Assembly: GCA_964035545.1 (NCBI GenBank)
Contig: OZ037772.1
Coordinates: 1,922,001-1,986,000, forward strand
Length of the DNA stretch: 64,000 nucleotides
Direction: 5' to 3'
Origin: Bugula neritina
Lineage: Eukaryota > Animalia > Bryozoa
Part shown: piece after piece, positions 26,050 to 38,899 of the stretch
Position numbering within the stretch: position 1 is the stretch's first letter
Layout: the number at the start of each line of letters is the position of its first letter
Position numbers and translations under genes: made by a program
Notes under the pieces: generated by a model
Seen by the model: the letters and a program-made list of their open reading frames with translations, nothing else
Database searches by the model: none
What the model was told of the DNA's origin: nothing

Positions 26050-27204
26050 GTGTACCGAGCAGCTGAGGAGTGTGCTATAACACTGGCCATGTCACTGAAG
26101 CCCGAGCACTCTGTCGTAGTACTGGCTAAACTAACGGACAGTGTTGAGTACCCACTATCTGTAGCCGCTATAAAGACACTCACACATGATATTGAACGAA
26201 TGAGTGAAGAATCCTTAATAAAAGTTATTCAACAGCTGATACCAAGTCTTATTAAGGTATTACGCTATGGCTCTTGTAAAGTTTACTGACTAATATTAGG
26301 TCATCTGTTGAGATGTGTCACTAGTTTCTAGGATTTTATTTCTACTCGGTGTAAAAAATGTTGTAAGTTGGTCTCACTAGTGTAAACTGTAGTTGTGATT
26401 AACTTCTATGGCTTTTACAGAGCTATGAGCATGAAGAGTGCAGGTGCAGGAAAGCTAGTTACTCCGCTTTAGTCGCTCTTTACATGAAAATAGGAGATAA
26501 TCTCAAGCCATATTTGTCTGTAATAACTGGCAGCAAGGTAGGCCATCAGTTCTTCACAAAAAACATGTTTAAAACTAAACTATAAAGATCTGCTAAGAAT
26601 AAGTGCCTGTTACTTTCACTCTAGTAAACAGTAAATCTAACGGATGTATATTTTATCCAAAATCGTATGTTTTGAATTGCACATTTATAACCAAAGAGTT
26701 TTGGTAACAACATTTTTATTTTAGTTATTTTTATATGATAGTTTTCATACTTAGCTCAATAATTGAATTTACTACTTGTCTAAATAATACATCAGAGAAA
26801 TGCAAAATAAATGTTATTTTCAATTTTAAATGTAGATTTCACCTCCCACGTCTAACATCACACATTTATAGAGTTGGCTATTAAATGACCAAGTCTTTGG
26901 TATGAATAAACTGAACAGTATTTGGATAATGACTATACACTGTACCATCATTATTGACTCTGTGGTTGGCATCACATTTCCCTGACTATTCTATCTTTTG
27001 TAGCTGAAACTTCTCAATCTATATATTAAGAGAGCAGAAGAAACGGTGCAGAGCTTCACCACGACTCTATCACAAAGAAATAAGTTACTCAGGAATTACT
27101 TCCTTATATTCACAAGAATCAGATGTCGAGAGCCAGCATTGCCTCAGTTGACAACAAGATGGGAGACGCCCACGGTTCTACCGTCAACGCTAAGGGTGCC
27201 ATGA
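26050..27204 (+). pseudogene. CLASP: Orphan last three exons of CLASP (C-terminal CLIP-interacting domain)
   Basis: Exons 26050-26256 (VYRAAEECAITLA...EYPLSVAAIKTLT...LIPSLIK), 26421-26537 (SYEHEECRCRKAS...IGDNLKPYLSVITGSK), 27004-27204 (LKLLNLYIKRAE...), matching the CLASP1/2 motif GSKMKLLNLYIKRAQ; no upstream CLASP exons seen. Confidence 0.85.
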
Positions 27205-28421
27205 AAAATATGAAGAAACATACCGTCAACATGTAGACATTGCATCACCAGTCTGAGCTAATGTCAAGGTTAAACTCTGTTTCCTGTTGATGAACTCCCT
27301 TCTTGAATATCAGCTGTACCTTTACCTTGCACCTTGTGAAGATTTTAATTATATTCTCTTTGTATGATTAGGAAAATAGTTTAGATGCAAATGTCACAAT
27401 TTACCCTTTATTGTTTATGTGCTTTTGAAAATCCTGTTTGGTAATTTTTTATGTTGTTATGATCAATTGTTCAATAATAATAGATAATGATTACTTCTTC
27501 TGAAATTCCTTTGGGATGTTGCATGTTGCCTATTTTAAAGAAGAAAGTAAAGCATTGTTTATAAATAAACAAAGGAAACAGCTCTGGTCTAGGGTAAACA
27601 CAATGTCAATGATTTGAATCTTTGGTAAACAATAAGACATTTTCATAATGACCAGAGAAAGCTCTATTTAGCTGTTTATCACTAAACAATAGTTCTATAT
27701 ACTTCAAGTGATCAATTTCATGATCAAAGTTTAGCATCCAAAAAAAAGCTATTGATAAGTAGTCTATGAGAACGCATGGAAATAGAATTGATATGAAAAA
27801 CACGATTAGAGTAGAAAAACAAAACAATAACGATAATTAGTAGGGAAATAGCAAACAGCCATTTTGATTGGAGAGAAGGCTGAGAAAACTGCATAACTCT
27901 GTTTAGAGTTGTCTCCCTAATGTTGAACTGGGGGAGGGGGTGTGGGTGTGGCATGTACATGATGTATGCTACCTAGCAGCAGTAAAACTATAATATAAAC
28001 AAGAAACAATCTCTGTTATATGCCCATCATTGACATCTTCGGTGCATCTATCGATCCTATTATCAAGTATCAGCGGTTCAATTAGTTTTTTCAACTCTTT
28101 ATAAAAATTTTAGCTCAGCTAACAGACTGGTTTTATAAATTACACTTTGAAATATTTCTTTTGTTTGTTATTCTGTTCTAAGCAAATTGTCCTACAGTGG
28201 CAAATTATCAAGCCTACTTTTAACAGTCAGCTGTTGGAGCAGCAAAGTATTTTGGGATGAATAGTGTATATTAATAACTTTCCTTTTAATGACTGACAGT
28301 CTAGTAGCAATACAAACAATACTTTTACAAATCTTTTAGCATTTAGCTGTGTTGTTGGAAAAGATAAAAAGTTTTGTAATTATTTGATTTATCTTGTTGC
28401 ACACCAAAGCCCAATAGTCCC

Positions 28422-29798
<1,377 letters not shown>

Positions 29799-29804
29799 AT
29801 AATA

Positions 29805-29820
29805 AATATATACATGTATG

Positions 29821-29905
<85 letters not shown>
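29805..29905. repeat. Interrupted (TA)n microsatellite between Penelope copies
   Basis: Read directly. Confidence 0.95.
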
Positions 29906-29910
<5 letters not shown>

Positions 29911-29992
29911 AATATATCTTTACGAGCTAGTAATTTGATTATAAATAGGTATACGAGAAACATTGTTATTTATTACTTTATTAGGTAAAGTA

Positions 29993-30041
29993 ATTACACT
30001 GATATTTCGGGTACCACTGTACCCATCTTCAGAGTAGCAAT
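29993..30041 (-). ncRNA. Minimal type I hammerhead ribozyme (copy 2)
   Basis: CTGAAGA ... 6-bp stem II gggtac/gtaccc ... GAAATATC on the minus strand. Confidence 0.85.
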
Positions 30042-30387
30042 GAATGAAATTCGAAAATTATTATGTTACGTTAGACGTTATGCATGACACAAAAAATAGA
30101 GAGTGACAGTTATTGTAAATTATTGAAACTTAAAGGAGATAATCTTATTTTATATATTACGCAGGTCAAAAATTATACTGATTTTTTTGCATAAAAAATA
30201 AATTAGAGTTGACAAAAAAAATTGATATCCAAATATAAAAACAGCAAGAATTAGTGAAACTATGTGAGAGTTGAGTAGTGTGGAGCTATTGATATAGTTT
30301 TAGTGGTATGGAGTAATTTTGTTTATTGAGTTGCGGTTTTATTTGTTTAATGTAGAGAGCTTCGGCTACTTTTCGATGGTGGATTCC

Positions 30388-32715
30388 TTAAAATGAATGA
30401 TTTAAAACTGTTACATTGTCTATTGATATGTTTCCATGATTAGTGGTAGAGATGTGTTGATAAATTTTGGAATTGATGTCATTGCAGTGTTCATGTATCC
30501 TGTGTGATAGGCGACGTCCGGTTTCACCTACATATGTTTGTTGACAGGTAGCTTCAGGGCAGGTTATTTTGTAGACTAGGTTGTGAATGTGTTCTTTATT
30601 GGTTTTATCTTTGAGATTAAAATGTGAACTTAAGGGGGTTCCTTTAAATAAAATACGGGCATTGAGTTCATTTGAAAAAGAGTCTGTAATTAATTTATTG
30701 AGGGAGCGAATTAGTTTTTCTCCTGTTACTCCTTTATAAGGCAGCTGAAGTAAAATGTGTTTCCTGTTGTCTTTTTCACTGAGTAGTCCGTCACCAATGT
30801 TGTTAATAGTTTTCTCTATTACATATTTAGGGTAACCATTTTTATGTTCAAAAACATTTCGAATATAGTTTAGTTCTTGGGTCTTAAGTGCTGGAGTAGA
30901 ACAGATTTTATTAGCCCTTAATACTAGTGACTTGAGTGTGCTTAGCTTCCACGTTTTTAGTGAGAAAGAGTTCCAATGTAAGTATGTATCGTTATGTGTT
31001 GGTTTGCGGAATACTGTGGTTTCCACTGAGCTATTGTGTCGCAAAACAGTAACATCCAGAAAAGAAAGTGATTTATTGGTTTCTAGTTCGTGAGTAAATT
31101 TTATGTTAGGATGAAAATTATCAAGTGTGTTGAGTGTTGTGTTAATATACTCAGGGTCTATTGTTGCAAATGTGTCATCTATGTATCTCACCCAAGGTGA
31201 CATTGAATTCAACTTTGGTATTACTTTCTGTTCTAGTTTTGTCATGAATATATTCGCAATAATTGGTCCTAGAGGAGATCCCATAGCAACACCATCCGTC
31301 TGTGTATAAATGATGTCGTTGAAAGTAAAGTGAACTTGTTTTGTACAAAGGTTGAGTAAGTTTATCATTTTCTTCTTTGGTATAGTTGTTTGGATTCGTT
31401 GTTTCTCATAAATATCATTTATGATTGCTGAAATCGTGTAGTCAAGTGGTACAGAAGTAAAGAGGGAAACAACATCAAATGATATCAGTTGATGGTTTGC
31501 TGGAATATGAAGTTGCCGTATATATGTAAGAAAACTATCGGTTGATTCGATATTACTTTCAGATTCACTAAGTGGTTTTAGCATTTTGGCCAGATATTTC
31601 GCAAGTTGGTATGATGCAGTGCCTATGTTAGAAATTATTGGTCGCATTTGTAGCTTCTCTATACCATCTCCTTGTTTGAGTTTGTGTATTTTGGCCATCC
31701 CGTAAAATTTCCCAGGTGCTGAACCTGTTGGATATATCCTTTTATAGTCAGTATCAGAAAAATGTTTTTTGATACTACGCAATTCTAATTGTATTCGATT
31801 TTCAATAGTTTTTGTTGGATCTGTGGAACATATTGAAAATTTTGGTGTATTTAGTATTTCTAAACATTTGTTGATGTAATCCTTCTTATTCATGACAACA
31901 GTACCTTTTCCTTTGTCTTGTTTAATTAATGAGATATCCTTATTATTTTTCAATTTCTTTAGAGCATCATCAAAATATTTTGGCATCTTAATCTTTATAA
32001 ATTTGGAGTACGTGTCTAAGAGTTCACCTTTAATTACTTCAAGCTTATCTTCAGATACTTGATGTTGATTTGAGGAAATTTGTTGGTAGAAAGATTCGAG
32101 TTGTGATTTAATATGAATATTGTTGGTTTTTGTAGGAATGTGTACATCTAATCCTCTGGCAATAGCTTGTTGTTGTTGATTTGTAAGTTGAACTGAAGAG
32201 AAATTGTGTAGGCTTTTCATAGTGTCTAATTCTTGAGCTTTAGGGTCTTGAATGCAGTTTCGAAGTTGTTTAATTTTTCGGTCATGTTTGCAATGAATAA
32301 ATTTGCGTTCCTTTGAAATACGAGAGGTTATTCTACTTATAAGGACTAGATAAAAAAGTAAACTTAATTTCTTTTGAAGATATTGCTTGACTTCAGTGAT
32401 AGATTGTTGTACCTTCTTTTTCTGGTAGTGTTTGTTCTTTAATTCTTGTTCCATAATTAGTTTCGAAATTTTAGCTTTTAATTTGTAGTTCTTACCAGGA
32501 ATAGACAATTTCACTTGAGAAAATGTAGGAGATAAAGATTCTCTTTTGCAAATTAGAATATACTTTATGTCAGCTTTGATCTTTGTTGATTTAATCTTGA
32601 GTGATTCGTAACGTCTTGCTGATAATCTCATTTGTCGCCCGTGTTTCTCTTCGATTAATTTAAATATATCTTTACGAGCTAGTAATTTGATTATAAATAG
32701 GTATACGAGAAACAT
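30388..32715 (-). CDS. PLE reverse transcriptase + GIY-YIG endonuclease (775 aa; prematurely stopped, native ORF would reach 30286)
   Basis: DKG motif (KQDKGKG), SFDVVSLF, GVAMGSPLGP, RYIDDTF, LVYKITC...TYVGETGRRLSHRIHEH; frame continues after TAA as GIHHRKVAEALYIKQIKPQLNKQ...LKLYQ*. Confidence 0.95.
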   Translation of the reverse strand: MFLVYLFIIKLLARKDIFKLIEEKHGRQMRLSARRYESLKIKSTKIKADIKYILICKRESLSPTFSQVKLSIPGKNYKLKAKISKLIMEQELKNKHYQKKKVQQSITEVKQYLQKKLSLLFYLVLISRITSRISKERKFIHCKHDRKIKQLRNCIQDPKAQELDTMKSLHNFSSVQLTNQQQQAIARGLDVHIPTKTNNIHIKSQLESFYQQISSNQHQVSEDKLEVIKGELLDTYSKFIKIKMPKYFDDALKKLKNNKDISLIKQDKGKGTVVMNKKDYINKCLEILNTPKFSICSTDPTKTIENRIQLELRSIKKHFSDTDYKRIYPTGSAPGKFYGMAKIHKLKQGDGIEKLQMRPIISNIGTASYQLAKYLAKMLKPLSESESNIESTDSFLTYIRQLHIPANHQLISFDVVSLFTSVPLDYTISAIINDIYEKQRIQTTIPKKKMINLLNLCTKQVHFTFNDIIYTQTDGVAMGSPLGPIIANIFMTKLEQKVIPKLNSMSPWVRYIDDTFATIDPEYINTTLNTLDNFHPNIKFTHELETNKSLSFLDVTVLRHNSSVETTVFRKPTHNDTYLHWNSFSLKTWKLSTLKSLVLRANKICSTPALKTQELNYIRNVFEHKNGYPKYVIEKTINNIGDGLLSEKDNRKHILLQLPYKGVTGEKLIRSLNKLITDSFSNELNARILFKGTPLSSHFNLKDKTNKEHIHNLVYKITCPEATCQQTYVGETGRRLSHRIHEHCNDINSKIYQHISTTNHGNISIDNVTVLNHSF

Positions 32716-32744
32716 TGTTATTTATTACTTTATTAGGTAAAGTA

Positions 32745-32793
32745 ATTACACTGATATTTCGGGTACCACTGTACCCATCTTCAGAGTAGCAAT
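32745..32793 (-). ncRNA. Minimal type I hammerhead ribozyme (copy 3), about 30 nt upstream of the PLE ATG
   Basis: Same motif as the other copies. Confidence 0.85.
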
Positions 32794-34035
32794 GAATGAA
32801 ATTCAAAAATTATTATGTTACGTTAGACGTTATGCATGACACAAAGAATAGAGAGTGACAGTTATTGTAAATTATTGAAACTTAAAGGAGATAATCTTAT
32901 TTTATATATTACGCAGGTCAAAAATTATACTGATTTTTTTGCATAAAAAATAAATTAGAGTTGACAAAAAAAATAGATATCCAAATATAAAAACAGCAAG
33001 AATTAGTGAAACTATGTGAGAGTTGAGTAGTGTGGAGCTATTGATATAGTTTTAGTGGTATGGAGTAATTTTGTTTATTGAGTTGCGGTTTTATTTGTTT
33101 AATGTAGAGAGCTTCGGCTACTTTTCGATGGTGGATTCCTTTAAATGAATGATTTAAAACTGTTACATTGTCTATTGATATGTTTCCATGATTAGTGGTA
33201 GAGATGTGTTGATAAATTTTGGAATTGATGTAATTGCAGTGTTCATGTATCCTGTGTGATAGGCGACGTCCGGTTTCGCCTACATATGTTTGTTGACAGG
33301 TAGCTTCAGGGCAGGTTATTTTGTAGACTAGGTTGTGAATGTGTTCTTTATTGGTTTTATCTTTGAGATTAAAATGTGAACTTAAGACCCAAGAACTAAA
33401 CTATATTCGAAATGTTTTTGAACATAAAAATGGTTACCCTAAATATGTAATAGAGAAAACTATTAACAACATTGGTGACGGACTACTCAGTGAAAAAGAC
33501 AACAGGAAACACATTTTACTTCAGCTGCCTTATAAAGGAGTAACAGGAGAAAAACTAATTCGCTCCCTCAATAAATTAATTACAGACTCTTTTTCAAATG
33601 AACTCAATGCCCGTATTTTATTTAAAGGAACCCCCTTAAGTTCACATTTTAATCTCAAAGATAAAACCAATAAAGAACACATTCACAACCTAGTCTACAA
33701 AATAACCTGCCCTGAAGCTACCTGTCAACAAACATATGTAGGCGAAACCGGACGTCGCCTATCACACAGGATACATGAACACTGCAATGACATCAATTCC
33801 AAAATTTATCAACACATCTCTACCACTAATCATGGAAACATATCAATAGACAATGTAACAGTTTTAAATCATTCATTTTAAGGAATCCACCATCGAAAAG
33901 TAGCCGAAGCTCTCTACATTAAACAAATAAAACCGCAACTCAATAAACAAAATTACTCCATACCACTAAAACTATATCAGTAGCTCCACACTACTCAACT
34001 CTCACATAGTTTCACTAATTCTTGCTGTTTTTATA

Positions 34036-36604
34036 CACAGTTGGTTTAAGGTCATACTTTTCATTTTCTGGCTCTTTGCCAGGTGCTTTATGTTCTATAT
34101 GAACAATGTTCCACTGATAGCTCGAACAGGTTGAATGTCACAGGAACAAAAAAAATATGAAAAGATAAAGAAATTTATGTTCTCCAATATACTTTTTTAT
34201 TTTTTTCAAAAGCCAATTCATGTTTAAGTTATAGCTTGTTGAAAAACATAGTCCCCCTTCCACATTCTTTTCAATTTATACGCTCCTGACTTGTTATTGT
34301 GTCTCAATATGCCTTGTATTTGAGTGCTTGTTAGTCTCGCTTCACTAACTTTGCCTATACTTCACAAGTGCCAGTGCTGCTGGCTCAAAAGCTAAATGTT
34401 ATAAACTGTCAGCTAAAACCCAATCTTGTATTCCTAGGTTGGTTGGCCTAAATAAAACAATAGTCAAATCATGATTTCATGTTTTAAAAATTTACTCTAT
34501 TCTAACCTGCTGCCTAGCTAGTTCTATTTTTGATGTATAATTACAAAATTTGTGATACATTTTTTTGGCAACCATGTGATTTATAAAATGCAGTAATGGT
34601 ACTTATAATATTATATTATTATCATTATAATATATTATATAGTACTATGTGTGTTTTTATTATACTGCATAATATCTATTTTATTATTGTTGTTGTGCAA
34701 ACAAGTGCAATTAACCTAGTTTTCAAAATGTACCTCTAAATTATCAGAATATCAGTTTAGATATTTTCATGCTTTGTAAGGTAAACCTAAAAAAAGAGGC
34801 TGTATTCCCAAAGTAAAGGGTGTTGAACTATGAACTATATTAGATTAGCCACTCTGCTACCAAGTGCGTCAGTATAATATTATATGAAAAGCTCTGATGC
34901 TTTGTCTCCGGTGGCTGGCTGCGATATGATAACTTGGCCAACTTCCAAGAGTTTAAAATTGGCGCAATTATTCAAGAGGTTACATACTGCACAGAGCTAG
35001 CAGTGATAGTAACCTTGCTATTGGCAGTACTTATTACAACTGCCAGCATATAAGCTGCATTGTAGAATGCCGTTGGGGTAGGCTATTAAAACCAAATTCT
35101 GCTCTCTAATATACCTAAGACACAATGCAGCAACATAATTGTTCATTTCATTTCATTTTACATTGCCACCCTTACATGAGCTGTGGGCTTCATAAAGATT
35201 CATATGATTAGAGATTTATGCTATAGGCTAGCTATGATGAAAATAACACACCATTGTCAAAGTTAACTTCAAGTATGTTGTTTTCCAGAAACTCAGTAAT
35301 GTCCATTTATCTCTCGCATACAAATACTTATGTAATAGCATACAGTTTAAGTTTTATTTTAGAGCACATCTGCAAACTCTACAATAAGAGCTTGCTTTAC
35401 CAGTCTATTTCAGACCTGTTTTTGTAGCTAGTAATACGCAAGCTACTTATTTTTAAACTTTTGGGTTATTTGTTCAAAACCATTAGCTTTGCTAGTAACC
35501 CGAGACTATTGCAACAGTTGACTGCTATCAACATGAATTGACAGCCTAATAATTATAACCCGTTTGCGCGCGAAATATTTATGTAATGATAGTGACTCAT
35601 ATAGTGCGCGTTTCATTTACGATGACTGCGTGGTCCAGAGGTTAGAGGCGTCAACGACGAGTTGGTTGATCATGGTTCAACCCTGTTTTGTTGCAATTTT
35701 TTTTGTCAATTTATGCAAATCCTACGCATGTATAATAAATATGGCTATAAGTGTAAAGTTTTTTTTTTAACTTTTGTTCAACAGTAAGACAACATACATG
35801 CATAATAATTAGATACTGAACGCTGGACTAAACCTTAAATTGATCTTATAGAATACAATGTACTTAAAATAATCATATGTGAATTAGAGAAACTGAAAGT
35901 ACACCTGCTGTGCTATAGACAGACCTTTACTGACAAGACTGCAAAGTGAAGTGATTTAGCTGAAATTAACTCTGCCAAACAAACAAAGAATTATGTTGTG
36001 CTAAGGCATTTTCAATATATTATTGTAACATAGTGAGATGATTCAGCTAAGTGCTAATGTAAAACAGGGAACATTATCTTGGCAGAAATCCAATAGATTG
36101 CCAATTTGTGCGAGAGGGTACTATATGTTATTGTGATAGCGCAGAGCGGCAAACGTACTAGGAATTTTATAATTAGTCACAGGAGCGTAGCTAGAACCAC
36201 CATATGAAGAATTTAGAAAATTGCAGTGAAACTTGCAAAATGGTGTATGTTTTTACCAAATTGTGAAGAGCATAAACAGAATTTCAAAAAACAAAGAAAG
36301 TATATTAGAGAAAACATATCAAGGAATGTCAAGTTTAACTTTTAGACTTGATAAAATGAATCCCCTGTGCTACAGCAGTGGAACATGGAGGGTATAAAAT
36401 TTTACTTATTATGCAACAACTTTCTCAGAAAATTTTTTATTGAAAAATTAAAAAAGTATATGAAAGAGGAATGCAAGAGCTATCTTTTCATGTAAAATTT
36501 GTTAATGTGAGACAAAAACTGTTCGAGCTATCCCCTGGAAACCGTTTATATATAACATAAAGCAGTGCTTGAATCTGGAAAGTAATGACCTTAAACTAAC
36601 TGTG
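34036..36604. mobile_element. Non-autonomous TIR DNA transposon (2569 bp) with TA target-site duplication (Tc1/mariner-like)
   Basis: About 100-bp imperfect TIRs beginning cacagtt(g/a)gtttaaggtcat; TA at 34034-34035 and 36605-36606; the empty site is visible in the other pLTR copies; no transposase ORF. Confidence 0.9.
35624..35700 (+). mobile_element. tRNA-derived SINE-like head (second copy about 48477-48555)
   Basis: A-box-like TGGTCCAGAGG, B-box-like GGTTCAACCC, then a T-run. Confidence 0.45.
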
Positions 36605-36802
36605 TATTTGGATATCTATTTTTTTTTTGTCAACTCTAATTTATTTTTTATGCAAAAAAAAATCAGTATAATTTTTGACCTGCGTAATATATAAAATAAG
36701 ATTATCTCCTTTAAGTTTCAATAATTTACAATAACTGTCACTCTCTATTCTTTGTGTCATGCATAACGTCTAACGTAACATAATAATTTTTGAATTTCAT
36801 TC

Positions 36803-36851
36803 ATTGCTACTCTGAAGATGGGTACAGTGGTACCCGAAATATCAGTGTAAT
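36803..36851 (+). ncRNA. Minimal type I hammerhead ribozyme (copy 4)
   Basis: attgctact (36803-36811), CTGAAGA (36812-36818), gggtac-agtg-gtaccc, GAAA (36836-36839), TATC, agtgtaat; predicted cleavage after C36843. Confidence 0.85.
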
Positions 36852-36899
36852 TACTTTACCTAATAAAGTAATAAATAACAATGTTTCTCGTATACCTAT

Positions 36900-37073
<174 letters not shown>

Positions 37074-37839
37074 CTGTAGAATGATTTTTTGGACTTTTCA
37101 ATCAGCATATGAAAAACTGTAGTCAAAAAACAAGTGATCAAAAGATTTATTTTATATAAATAAAAAGTGACAAAAAATTTAAACAATTATTGCAAAATAA
37201 TACTTGCATAGACTTGCGTGCCATATTAATTACAAGTGTAGGCTAAATAACAAAAGAATGTGATATATACCATAACAGTTTATAAAGTAGAATTTGTGAA
37301 ATAATTTATAGAACAGAATAGTATTATAAGTTCAACAACCTTGCAGCACCTTGAAACACAAAGCGTAAAGGTGCAGTCAGTATACAGAGCCTGTTGATGT
37401 AAAGGTGTTATATCAAAGTTTTGCTATACACGGGCTGACAGTCAAGCAGCAACCTACAAATAATTATATATATGTGACCGAACACTACAATCTATACAAT
37501 CTATTCAATTGATTACTGATTGATAATAACAATAAAATTATATATATACAAGCGTTATAATTTCATTGAAAAAAATTGGTAAAACTGCTGTTCAATAAAT
37601 ATGATTCAACTTTTGATGAATGATTTTGAAAATATTTTTAGAAAGTTTAGATTATTAATTATTATTAACATACACAGAATTGCTTTCAACCTCTTCAAAA
37701 AATCACAAGAGAGACAATTGCTAATACACAAAAAGAAAACAGAAATAATGTTGCTGAAACATAAGTTTATACAACTGTGTTTAAAGTATCTCATATTATC
37801 ATACTTTGTTATGACATAATTTAGTATGATAATATGAGA

Positions 37840-38128
37840 GGCAATAATGGCACAGGTAATAATATTATGGCACAGGTGATAATGGCACAGGTAATAATAT
37901 TATGGCACAGGTGATAATGGCACAGGTAATAATATTATGGCACAGGTGATAATGACGTGGTAAGAAGGGCACACAGTGAAAAGTAGGAAAACATGGCACA
38001 CTTATGTTCAATTTTTCCAAACACACATTCTCACCCTTATACCCTAATACTGAAAATGTGCCATTCTTACCTATTTTTCCACTTGTGCCATAATAACCTG
38101 TATGTGCCATTTTAACCATAGACACCAC
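37840..38128. repeat. atggcacagg tandem repeats with inverted tgtgccat copies at the other end; MITE-like
   Basis: Tandem 15/20-bp units 37846-37953; inverted motifs about 38057-38111. Confidence 0.55.
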
Positions 38129-38689
38129 CTACAATGCATCAATTGGAAAAGATTTCAAATCAACCTTTATTGTTGAATTATGAACCAACTCAATGAAATC
38201 CTCCTGTAATTCTCCTGGAATCTTTTTGACCAAGCGTTGGAATTTGTCACATGTCAAGCTAAGAATCTAGCTCTTTCTTTTTAAGAGATAGCTCAGAAAA
38301 ATATCGTTAAAGCTCTATTGTGCTCTAGTGTGCAATTTTTACTTATGACATTTTTATTTATTATCGGAACTTGTTCTCCTATAAAATTTTATTGAGTGTG
38401 TGGAAAAACACCACAATTTAGAAAAAGGCACCACCACTTTAGTGTAACTTTAGAAACACTGACGCTGCTATGAAAAGCAATGATATATGATGATTGCACT
38501 CCTGCATGTTTAGGCTCAGATTATTTAGAGTAGCAAATATATTTACAAGGTATATGTAGTATACAGTTTATAGAGATTGACTTGCATGGCTGCTAAAAGG
38601 TGGCCTGTTAGTTCAAGCAGCAAATTTTTTGACCTCCATTTGAAAGTAGCACAGAAAGCAGTTAAGGTAGAGTAATTAATAAACACATC

Positions 38690-38899
38690 CATGTCAAAGT
38701 AAACTGATATTGCAAAATATATTTTGGCTAAATAAGGGAGCTAAGATAAAGGTTTACAGAAATATACACATATAAATGTAACTTGCAAGAACCCAAAAAG
38801 CCTTCATCAAACCTTGTGAATTTTTCAAATTTCAAATTCTCCCCTAAAATGTCGAATATTTCCCCTAGGAGAAATCTCCTCCCAAGTTGGGAAACTCTG
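38690..38899 (+). mobile_element. 3' end of another copy of the hAT-type family
   Basis: Similar to about 17797-17996; ends cccaagttgggaaactctg. Confidence 0.65.

Larger units (their letters stand above)
29906..33386 (-). mobile_element. Near full-length Penelope-like element (Penelope/Poseidon type) with direct pseudo-LTR repeats
   Basis: About 730-bp direct repeat 29906-30634 / 32658-33386 overlapping the ORF ends; a hammerhead in each repeat. Confidence 0.95.
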
